IMG/VR virus record: IMGVR_UViG_3300028832_000145
Location: 1,305 to 65,304 of that record
DNA from: a virus
Taxonomy: Duplodnaviria; Caudoviricetes
Reading direction: 5' to 3' (one strand)
Length of the DNA stretch: 64,000 nucleotides
A program made the translations under genes and the position numbers. Position 1 is the stretch's first letter, and the number at the start of each line of letters is the position of its first letter. The notes below the pieces were generated by a model that searched no databases, was not told where the DNA came from, and saw only the letters and a list, made by a program, of their open reading frames with translations. Positions 36,101 through 48,100 of this stretch are shown piece by piece.

Positions 36101-39100
36101 CATCTTCGCCGATGGCCTTATAGTTGCCGTCCTGCATCTTAAACAGAATCAGGGCATCAGGATATTTGGATTTTATCTCGCGGAACTTTCTGTAGAGAGG
36201 ATCAAGCCCGACAACGAGAGCCTGCGGCTCTGCTGCCAGTCCTGTAGGCATCAGACGTACATCGTCGGCGTAAGCACCCACTTTCAGGCGGCTCTGCATC
36301 TGCACGTCCTTGGCCTTGTCGAAGATGCTGCGGCGTCCGGGGTGCAACAGGTTATCGTAGCTGCGCCACAGGATATAGCGAAGCTCGTCATCCGTAATAG
36401 GCTCCGACATGCGAAGGCCTGCCCGCGTAAGCATCTCTATGAAGAAGTCCTTAATCTTCTGCCACCAGCCCTGTGAACTTGCGTGGTCGAAGTCGGTACG
36501 CTCTGCAAGCCTTGCAAGGTATTCCTCGGTAGCTTCGTGACGGCCCCATCCGTTACGCTTCATGGAGGCTTTGATGCGGTCTCTAATCTCCGGCGACACG
36601 TTTTCATACACATTATCAAGGAATGTGTCAAAGTTCGCGCCGAACATCTTACGCAGGCCGGCATGTGCCACACCCTCATGCAGCAGCGTATTGATAAGGT
36701 CGCTCTGGTTACGGTGGTTCGGCAGTACCAGCGTTATCTTGCCGGTCTGCCTGTTGAAGATGCCCTTGGCGCGACGCTGTTTGCCTACCAGTCCGTCGAG
36801 GTCTGTCTTTACCTCCACGTCAAGGTGCATAGCTTCAGCGAGACTTGTCACGGCGGCAATGGCGTTGCGCGTCTTTCTCTCGATGTAGCTCTTCTTTCCA
36901 GCCTCAGCGCGTTTCGTCATTGTTCCAGACGTTTCTACGGCGGGCACCTGCATCACGCTCTCCCAGCTCTCAAACCTTACGTTACCATCCACGATGCTGA
37001 CGTAGTACTCCGGGTATTGTCGGCGCAAGCCGTCCAGAAGCTGTTGCTCAGTGGCATATTCATCCGGCATCAGGTCAACGCTATATGTCCTGTCGCGCTT
37101 CAGCACATGACCGTCCCATACCAAGTTAGTATGAATCGGGAACAGCTCACCCTCGGCAAATGTTTCGGCCTGTCTATACAGCTCGTCATCCTCGCTGTCA
37201 TCGGCCTTGCGGAGGTCAAAGCCACCATCCTCACCGGCTTCCTTAGCCTGCTCGGCATACTTGGCTTCCTTCTCTTCCATTTCCTTTTTCATCAAGGCAG
37301 TGTATTCCTCAACGCGCTTTTCGGCCTCTTCCAGCTCTTTGCCGAACTGGAACGGCTGACCGACACGGCCCTGCATCTGTTCACTCTCGGCTTTCAGACG
37401 CTCAACCTCTTCCTTCATCCGGGCGATGGCATCCTCACTGCGCTGTCCGGTGATACGACTGGTAAGAATCTCTTCGATACCATCCTTAAAGCTGCGCACG
37501 TCGGCAGAACGCTGCATCTTCAAGTCCTCGCTCTTGTAGCTCGTTTCTCTGTGAATGACAGTGTGCATGGCACCATTCTCCCACTTTGATTCACGCACAA
37601 CACCGATGCTGAAAGTGATATTGGCATTGTCTACCTTGACATTGAACTTAAGATACTCATCATTATAGATGGCGTTCTCTCTGTTGCGCTTGACAATAGC
37701 GTTTACGGGGTCGTTGACTTTCTCCTTGATAACCTCTGCAAGCTTCTTGTCGGCATCTGAAGCTGTCAAGTCAACGGTAGCGCCCTCGATGGTAATGCGT
37801 TTTGCCTTGCCATCAGGGAACAAGCTTCTAATATGGTTCAGCAGCTTCTCTTCATTGGGTATGTAGAGGTTCTGATACTCGTTGACGGCTTTCTCGTTAC
37901 GCTTCAGCTTGTCAACAATATACACCTGGTCAGCCTCCCATTGCGATTTCTTACCTTGGTACTTTCTCAGTTCGCGCTCTGCCTGATTCTTCTTCAAGGC
38001 ATACTGGGAGCCGGAGAGAACAGCCACGGGATTGTCAAACAGACCTTCCTCTTCCTCTTCGACGGTACGGTCAACCTGATTGTTCATCAGCGAACCCTTG
38101 CCGTCCATGATGGAGTCAATAAAGCCTGACTTGGTCTTTAGGCGCTGATAGGCGGTCACGTCCAGAGAATCCTCAACACCGAAGCGCACTACCTTGATAC
38201 TCTTGCCCCATTCCTTATGGAGATTACCCTGTCGCTTGATACGTCCGTTACGCTGGGTGTAGTCCATAGGACGGTCGGGAGCATCCATGTGTATCAGCAA
38301 GTGCAAACGCTCCTGAATATTCACGCCTGTTCCCAACGTCTGAGTACTACCCATGATGACACGGATACTGCCAGCGTTGACGGCATCAAATATCTTCTGC
38401 TTGGCTGTGATACTCATGCCACTCTTGATGACGGCAATCTCTGACTCGGGCACGCCCTGCTTCACAAGCTTGGCTTTCATCTCGTCGAAGATGTTGAACT
38501 CTACCGACTTGTCAGCACCCAGTCTGTTCTGATTGTCACAGAACACGGCAACAGTTCCCTTGTAGCTCTTTGTCTTGTCAAGGTCGGCCAGTATCTCCTT
38601 CACGGCTGAATTGGTCTTACTCATCGGCTCGTCGGGGGCCTCAGCGTCTACCAGACGCGGGTCAATGGCGGCACGCTTGGCAATACCATACATTGTCAAA
38701 GGTATGCTGCTGTTCTCCTTCTTCTGCTGACCACTCATCTGCTCAAAGCGTTCCAGCTCCTTGCGGACTGCGGCCATGATGCGCACAAGGCTCGGCGACT
38801 GCGGCAGGAACACGTCTTGATCCTTGCCACCTTCAAGCTCGGGTATCTTCTCCTGCACCTTGCCTACCTCCTTTGTCAGAACGGTGTCGGCAACTTGGCT
38901 CCATATACGGATAAGCTCGGGCTTGTTGACGTAGGCCGCAAAGCGCGTGTTCTCCTTGAACTTGCCGCTGGTAGAGAACTCCAGCATCTGTGAGATACTG
39001 CCAAAGTTATGCACGAAGTCATCAAAGTAGTAGATGTCATTATCGCGCATCACGTCGGCTGGCATGAGGTACTTCATGAACGTCCATATCTCGGCAGCGG

Positions 39101-42100
39101 TGTTGCTGATGGGCGTACCGGTGGCAAAGACAACATTCTTCCAGCCTGCTTTCTCAAAGACGCAGCGGGTCTTGTTATACAGACCGGCACATTTCTTGGA
39201 GTAGCTGGGGTCTATACCTTTGATGCCACGACCAATAGAAGTCTGGAAACCGAGGTGCTTGTATTCATGAGCCTCATCAACGAGCAAGGCATCTACACCG
39301 AGGTCATCAAAGAACTGGACATCGTCGACGGCTCGGTCTAGCTGCTCCTTTGCCCTGGTCTCAGCCTTATCCAAAGAGGCGGCTTCTCTCTTGGCGTCCT
39401 TCTTCTTACGCTTGGGGCCTGCGCCGTCGTTGGCGGGGTCGCTGTTAAGGAACTTGTCGCCATACTCCTGCTCTAGTCCGGCAAGCTCACGCTTCAGCTT
39501 CTCAATACTGCGCTTGTCGAGGTTGGAACCCTCTGCGGCCTCGATGATGTGTTTCTTCTCGTCTATCTTCTCCTGTATGAACTGCAGTTCACGCTCAGGA
39601 GAGTCGGGAATACGCTCAAACGTTGACTGCGGTACGATGATGATGTCCCAGTCGTTGAACTTAATCTTAGCATAGAAAGCACGACGGCCTTCTGCGCTAC
39701 GGTCCTTCTCCGACAAAGAGAGTATCTTGGCGTTGGGATAAAGCAGCTTTGCGTCTGCGGTCATCTGTGCCACGGTGGCGTTCTGAACCACTATCATGGG
39801 CTTCTGTGCCGTACCCAGACGGCGCATTTCCATAGCGGTGGAAATCAGGGTGAAGCTCTTACCGGTGCCAACCTCATGGGCAAGCATCGTCGGAGATGTC
39901 ACACCTCGCATGACACCACGTTTCTGATGGCCGTACAGGCTGATGTTCATGTTTGCACCCTCAAAGACTTCCGGCAGGAACTCGTCACCAATGGTCATCG
40001 GAACCAGCGCATTGAACTTGTCGTTATAAATCTTCTCGATACGTCCGGCAAGCTCTTCGTCGTTCTGCATCTTCTTGCGCATCCACTCCTTAAACTCGCT
40101 CTTGATTTCGTCAATACGGACGTTACAAGCCTGCGTTGCTTTCTGGTCGACGATAGTACGGGTACTGCCCTCAAAGGTCTTCTCCACCTTTGCCACCTTA
40201 TAGGGTCTGTTGTTCAGCGCGGAGTCAATAAGCTGGTGGGCATAGATGGTTGTGTTGAACTCTTCGCTATACACGCCTCCAGCCCTGTTCTTCTCTTCAC
40301 GGAACCATGTACCTACTTCGAGATTCCACGAACCGGCAAGATGTGTAAGCTGCACATTTCTCAGGTCAGTAGAATCCTTGACAAACTCCACATACAGCTC
40401 CTTGGGTATCCATGACGAACCGAGAGAAAAGTCTATCAGGTGGGCGGGAATATCCATCGGCACCACTTTCTTCAGCTCTTCGATGTTGGCATTGTACTTG
40501 CCTCCCTCGTTATAGCTCTCTGCCTGTGCCAGCTTCTCACGCACGTTACCGCTGAGATACTGGTGACGTACCTCTAACTGACCTGTCTTCGGATTCTCAA
40601 AGCCCAGTCTGCTGACGAGGATTCCCTTGCGCACATCGTCTGCAGTCCACTCACCGGCCTGTCCTCCTTCCTTTGGCACATTGCCATCGTTGAGTCTGTC
40701 GGTTATCCATCCGAGGTCAATGCCGTTACTGCGGAAGATGCTGGCAATAAGTGCATCCTTGACGCTCTTCGGCTTAGGCTCGGTCTTGAAGCCGAGGACA
40801 CGCTGCTGCATGACGGGAGCCTTGCTTGTATGCACCGTGACCTTACCCTTGATGTCCTTTGACTCCTTGTAGTTCTCTAGTGCCTGGAATGACGGGAAAT
40901 CAATGTCGTTACGCAGGAAAGAGATAGCGGTGTTCTTATGCAGCGTACCATAACGCTTCGTGAACTTGTCATAGGCGGCGTTAAGGGCTTTTAGCTTCGG
41001 CTCCAGCTTGGCATCGTCCGGATCGTTCAACTGTTGCTGCAGCACATCGTCAACGGCCTGCTGGACGGCCTGATAGTCCTTGAAGCACTCGGCCTTGCTG
41101 TAGCCTTTCACCTTTTGGTCGTTGAGGCCCAAGGGTACGGCTACGCCTCGCTGGCTGACACACAGTCGGCCGTTCTCGTCAACCAACATACGGCCTTCTT
41201 TCTCGGCGGTAAGCTGATTCTCCACCACCGGCTTGGCTTCTTTGGTGGCCTGTTTCTGCTGCTGCGATTGCATTGCACCCACCTGCTCCATCGTCTTGAC
41301 AAACTCCTGCAGCATCTTCTCCTGCTCCTTTCCGCTGACAGGATAGAGTGCATAGCTGCCCGGACGGAAGGTGTCACCCTTCTCATATCCAAAGGCCATT
41401 TCACCGGCCATCATTTCGGGATGCTCCTTGAAGTAGTCGTTGATAACCATCGTCGTTTGCTTGTCATCGCCGTACTTGTCGGTGTATGTACCAACACGCA
41501 ACGGGGAGGCCTTGCTCACGTCAATAGCACCTGCCGACTTTCCGGCGGTTCTCTTACGCACTACGATGATGTCCGACGTCACCTTAGTACCGCCAAACGT
41601 CTCATTATTCATACGGAAAGCACCCACCACGTCGGACTGTCCTTCGCTGGTTATCCATGAACGGAGGTCATTGCTCTTATCCATCGTGCCGGAGCTGGTG
41701 ATGAAGATACCGATACCGCCGGGCTTCAGCTTGCGGATATTCTTCGCAATACAGAAGTCGTGGATATTCACAAACCTGCGGCTAAGGTCTTTGTCCACCT
41801 TGTCAAAGACATGCAGACCTGTGACAAACGGCACGTTGGTAATAGCAAGGTCAACGCTGCCGTTGGGTATCTGTGTGTCCTCAAAGCCCTGAATATGCAC
41901 CTTGGCGTCGGGATAAAGGAGCTTCAGGATATTACCCGAGATACTGTCTATCTCGACGGCCTCAATATCACTGCGACGACTCATTTCACGCGGCATCTGA
42001 CCGATGATGTTACCGATACCGGCACTACCCTCCAGCGTATTGCCACCCTTGAAGCCCATTGCCTTGGCAATGTCCCACAAGGTGTCGATGACCATTGCAG

Positions 42101-45100
42101 GGGTGTAGTAAGCGCTGTTGGCACTCATCACGGCATCGTTATACTCTTCATCGGTGAGCACGTCACGCAGTAACTTATTCTCTGCGCTGCTCTCATCGTT
42201 GAAGTAAGTACCGAGACCGCCCCAGCCGCTATACTGGCGAAGCACCTCCATCTGGTCCTTGGTGGGAGCCTCAACACCATCGTCCATCAGGGCACGCATC
42301 ATCTTCACCGCCTCAATGTTGGCGTTGAAACGTGCTTTGGGTGAGGTGGGCGCATAGTCCTTGCCCCTCTCACCGACATTGTTACGCTTGTTTTTGTGAA
42401 GTTCCTGCTTAGGCTTGGCAGGCTGATTCTCTACGGCACGTCCAGATCCAGAACGCTCAGACCTATTCTGTTCAGCGCCCAGTTCCGTTCCAGCTCCGTC
42501 AGTTCCTCCACTGACTTGCCTTTCTCCTTCGCCACTTGGCGAAGACTCTCCTGGTATCTCTCGTTCTGTTCCATTGTTTAAGAAATCTTCAAATGAAATG
42601 TCGTTGCTGTTCCAAAGTGTCTTTGGCTGGGTGCCAAAAGGCACTACGTTGTCCTTCCATTCGGCATGTGTAAAGATGGGCGAACCATCATTTACCACCA
42701 GTTGCCTTTCGGGAGCTGAAAGTCCTCCATCTCCCACCATGTTTTGAACGTCTGTGTCAGACGCTCTTTCTCCTCTTGCGACATCTGTTCGTAGTTGCCG
42801 CAGTCCCTCTCTTGTTCTTGCTGTTTCGCCAGATAGGCGTTCAGACCTTCTGAGAAGTTTTTGAACTTCGTTCTTAATTCGTTCATAATCACCAATATTT
42901 GCGTCCACAAAGTTACTGAAAATAATCGAAACTTTGTCCCCTATGGTTGTTAAATAATCTAAAGAAAGGTATCTTCCTTTCAATGCAAAGCGAGAAGCGG
43001 CACGCATAACGGAGTCTTCCTTGGAAACATCGTTAAACAGAAGCTCCACATCATAGCCTTTCTTGCGCATTTCAATGGCTCTTTCAACGACGCTCAAACC
43101 ACCAATACGCGGAACAACTACATTCTCACCCTTTTCAATAGCCATGTCAAGGGCCAGCTCGGCAACTATGGTACTGGCTTCATGCACATAGTTGGCTCCG
43201 TAGCCATTGTCATAGCCCTCCAGCCACGGCTTAACCGTATCGGAGTCAATAATGCGGGCTGCATACTGGTGCGAAGTGGGGTCTGCAAATACGCTGCTCT
43301 TACCGGCTGCTGGTCTGCCTACAACGATAAAGGCTTTCTTCTCTGCTCTTACCTCGCCGGTATAGCCAGTAAGTTTCTTTCCGTCATATACAGCGCTGCC
43401 GTGCTCGGCATCAAACAGACGCTCGGCATATCCTTTTATCTGCTCATCCGACAACTCCAGCTTGCCCTTTCTCATTTTACCCTCTGCTTCAATGATGGCT
43501 GGCTCTTTCTTCAGCTCATCGGCAGGTATAAGCACCTCATCCCACACAGCTGCCTGAATAAAGGCAAGTTCCTTGTGAACGTAGTTCTGGAAACGCGGGT
43601 CGTAAGCAAAGTAGGTTCTTGCTTCCTGCGTCATGTACGTTCTGTAGTCGCTCTTGTCAATATTTGGCTTATAAGCATGCGTGGCAATCTCCATCTCCAA
43701 GTCTTTCTCGGAAACGGTAAACGTAGTAGCCGGCTTATTGTTAGTAAAAGCATCGGCATCTTTATAGAAAGCAAATTCATATATACGTTCGCCATCCTTG
43801 ATAATGCTGCCTACAATCTTATTATAAGCCCCTTCCCTCAACAGGACTGTACCATCCTTGAACATCGGTTCATTGGTCTTCTCGGCAGTGCCCTTGCTTT
43901 CGAGCGAGGTTTTCTCTGATACCGTCCCCTCGGTATTTCCTGCGGGTTCACCAAACAAATCAAGCTGTGTAACACCATTGCCAATCTTTGCCGTCACCTC
44001 CTTCTCTATCTTTTTGACGGCCTGCTTGGCTTTCTGCTGACGGACCACCTGCGCTGCCTTTTCCGTAACCGTAGGAGCTGTTTTCTTGTCGAAGTTGTCA
44101 ATATCGAAAGCATTGACATACTCCTGGCTATCCATCAGCTCACGGTATTCTGCGGCTTCCGGCATATTCCTGACGGCCTCATAGAAAGCTTTCAGGTACG
44201 GACGGATGGCGTCGCCTATCTCGTCAACCATTTCACGGGCGTAGTCAGCAAACTTGGTGACACCACGCTCTATCTTACCGACGGCGTACATGGCACCCAG
44301 CAGCATACGCTCAACGTCAATACCGGCGTTAAGAGTGTTGAACTTCTCAATAAGTTTCTTCCTCAGCTCTTCCATCTGGTCGTCGCTGACGATACGCTTA
44401 TGCTCCTTCGGCTTCTTCTCCTGTTTCTTCGTTTCCGTTTCAGCGGCTTCAGCTGCTGGCTTGCTCTCACCTACCTGTACGTCGCCCTGCGTCTTGACGC
44501 TCTTGTATGCAGCAAACGGTTTGGTCTTACGGTGTGAAGACTCTACCCATTTCTTGAACTCCTCACGGCTAACGGGTGTAATAGCACCCAGTCCTTGCCA
44601 GCCCTCTTCGTAGTTCGAGAGATAGGCTGCCTCAGCGCTGGCCATATCAGGAAAACCATACATGACCTTGTGCTCGTCAAACTCGCCGGTCTTCGGGTTC
44701 ACCTGATCTACGACGAACACGTCGCCGCCAATGGGAAGGTCACTCAGGAATACGTCGATGTGGTCGCCGTCAACGCCTTCCGTGCCACGGATATAACCAT
44801 AGGTATTATGCATTTCCTGCTCCCACTGCTGGCCGTTCTGGTCAGTACCACGACGGACGCTACCCTTGGGATTCTCGATGGAAATGTCGTAACCGTCCAC
44901 CTTGATATGTCCCATCTGATAGTTTCCGGCCTCCTTCTGTCCCTCGCTGGGGTTAGTATCAACCTTTGCCTCTTCCTCGGCAATCTCTTCTGCCGAAGAT
45001 GTTGCACCCAACTGCGCTTTCTGCTGGTCGATATATTCAATCAGCTCGCGCAAGCCACCAAACTGCTGACCGTCATATTCGTAGCTGCTTCCGTTATAGT

Positions 45101-48100
45101 AACCCTTTTCGTCGGGGCTATCCACCTTTTCAGCTACATATTTGCCGTCAATCGTTAGCGTCTCACGATATTCCGTGCCGTTGTTGGTCTCGCTTTCCTC
45201 CACATCGCCACTCATTTCATAACGGGCTGCATACTGCTGTTCTTCCTCTGCGTCCTTGTCACGCATACGCATGTCGGCGCGAAGACCTGTAGCAATGTAC
45301 TCCTGGTCTTCATCATCTTCAAGGTATGTGTTCAGCATGGCATGAGTAATATACTGATCCGTCATCAACTCGGGGTTATTGCCCTCGTAGTCCCACACCT
45401 CGTCACGATAGCCACCCTCAAAGTCGCCGCCAGCCTCGATATAGACCTGAATATCGTTAACTGCCTGCTGAATAGCGGCAGCGTCGCCAGTGGCATAGGC
45501 TTTCTGCATCGCCTGTCTCAGGGCGGTTGCACGTTCCTCGTCTACGAAAGGCTCTTTGAGTATTCCTCCAAGTACATTGTTATCAGGTACAGCCGAGCCA
45601 CCGCCAGCATCTTCCTCTCTTTCGGCGCTTTGCTGTTCGCTATTGCGTACACCCTCGACTTGGGCACCTTGTTTCTGTACTTGGCTTTCGCCTCCTTCAC
45701 TTTCTCTGCCAGCTGTTCGCTCGGGATGCTGGCTATCCATTGTAGAGCTGCCTTGATTCTGTTGTTCATCATTTCCTAAATATGGTTCTGACGGCTGCTG
45801 TTCTGCAGCAACCTTTAATGTTTCTTCCATGAAGTCCTCAAACGTCTCGCGCTCTTCTGGTGTCAGATGGTAGGCTTCTGCCCAAGCATCCATTTCAGCC
45901 TCAGCGTCGCGGCGCTGGTTCTCTCTCATGATCTCGCGGGCTTCCTCGATACGATGTTCCTCTGTCAGGTGACGCATACGCATGGTGTTGCCTTCACCGA
46001 ACAGACCGATAAGGGTATTGCGCACGTCTTGGTCGTCGTACATGTTCTTGATGCCTTCCGGCAGCTCTTCCCAAATGTCGTGAACAACCTGACCAAAGGG
46101 CTTGCCACCTCGCTGACGGCTTGCCACAAGGCCACCGATACGCTCTACGTCCTTCTTCTGCAGGCCCAGCTCACTCTGCAAGCCTACGATGGTGCGGCCT
46201 GTTGCCGGGTCTGTCTCGTCATCCCACATCATAGACTGCGGACGGATAAGCGACGATACCCACTCTTCCAGCGAACGAGGCTCCACGTCGTTAAGCACCT
46301 CAACGGCCTGCGGGTCACCGGCCATCTCGTTACGGGCTTTCGACAACGGAGCATAAGGTTTGTTCCAGTTGGCAATCTCTTCTTCTATCTTCTTACGACG
46401 ACGATCTGCGGCAATCTTATCCTGCTGCTCCTTCTGCTGACGGGCGGCTTCTGCCTCACGGGCTTTCTGCTCTGCGCTCTTGGCAGCTTCCTCGGCAGCA
46501 CGCTTCTCGGCTGCTTCGGCGTCCATACGCCTACGGATAGTAGTACCAACGTCCTGCCAACGTTTGATAATTTCCTGCTGCTCCTGCTCGGCCTGCTGTT
46601 TGGCCTTGCGTGACTCGGCAATCTCAAACGGGTCATCACCTTTTATCTTCTGCTTGCGGATTTGCTGGAGCTTCTGCTGCGCCACGTTGATAAGGTCTGT
46701 TGCCGTATCGCGTGCCATCAGCATATCACCGCCTGTGGTCTCAATAAGGGCATCGGTAGCATCTTCCAGACTGGCCTTGTGCCACTCGTATTGTGGACGG
46801 CCTTTCTTTAAGATGGGATTGTCGTACTCATCCTTGACTACGGGAATCCGTGAAATTGCCGAAGAATTTTCCCCAGTTCTTTCTCCGTTTTCTTCGGGAG
46901 TAGCCTTATTTTCCCCGGGAGTAGCCTCATTTTCTCCAATTCTTTCTCCGTTTTCTCCGGGAGTGACCTCGTTTTCTCCGGTTCTTTCTCCGTTTTCTCC
47001 GGAATTTTCCCCGAGAGTAGCCTCGGCGGGCATCGGCATTGACGTTCTCTCGACCTGCTGTCCGTTATGGGCCACAACCATACGATTCAGCTCGTCGGCG
47101 GTAAACTGCAGAGCCTTGTTGTCGGGGGTATAGACCACATAAGCACCGTCTGCGCTGTTGGGCAGCATGGCAATAGTACCTTGTATCTCGTTGCCTCCGC
47201 GGTCACGAAGCACTACCTCGTCTTCGATGTCAAAGACTTCCTGCGCCGGACTGCCATAGGCAATATCATCCTCGGCCTGTTGCATCAGCTGCTGTCTCAA
47301 AACAGTCTCGTTGGCCTGCATCAGCTCTTCGGCGTTCTGTATGTAGTATGGTGCCAGCTCTTCACGCGATTTCACGCTGACCTCGCCAGTATCAGGGTCT
47401 TTCACGATGACGGCTCCACCTGTTCCTGCCACCTCTATCGTGCCGTCCTCGCCCATAACCACGTCACCACCTATAATGTAATAGTCCTGGTCGCCACTCT
47501 TAGCCATGATGAGGTTGCCACTCTGCTGGTGCATGTTACCGCGAATAGAGGCGTTGGCCTCTTCAACTTGCAGGTCAATGCCATCGAGCACACCGTCCAT
47601 CATGCCGTCGGACTTTGCTTTCTTGCTGAAATAGTCGGCTGCGGCTGCTATCTGGTCATCGGTGTAGGTGTCACGATTATTCAGAAGGTAGTCCATTGTC
47701 TCAACAGGATTCTCCGACAATGCCACCATCTTGGCAAACTCTTCACCATACTCCGGCAGCGAAGCCTCAGCGGCCTGTGCCTCGTCGGCAATCTGTTTCT
47801 TCTCGTCGGGAGTCTCTGCCTCTGCGCCTGTTTCGTAGGAGTTCTTGATAAAAGATGCGTCTTCCGACAGGCCACCTTCCATCTTGTTCAGCATATCGGC
47901 AACGTTAGCACCTTGATATTGTTTCAGGCGTGCAGCATAACTGAATAATGCTGCTCTCTGCTCGTTTGTGAAAGCACTGTTATCCTTGATGCTGTAAAGG
48001 TAGTCAACAACATCTTTGTCTTCCATCTGGTCTATGCCACTCTTCAAGACATCCCATTCATCACCAAATGCAAGATGGCCGTTAAGGTCTGCAAGATTCA

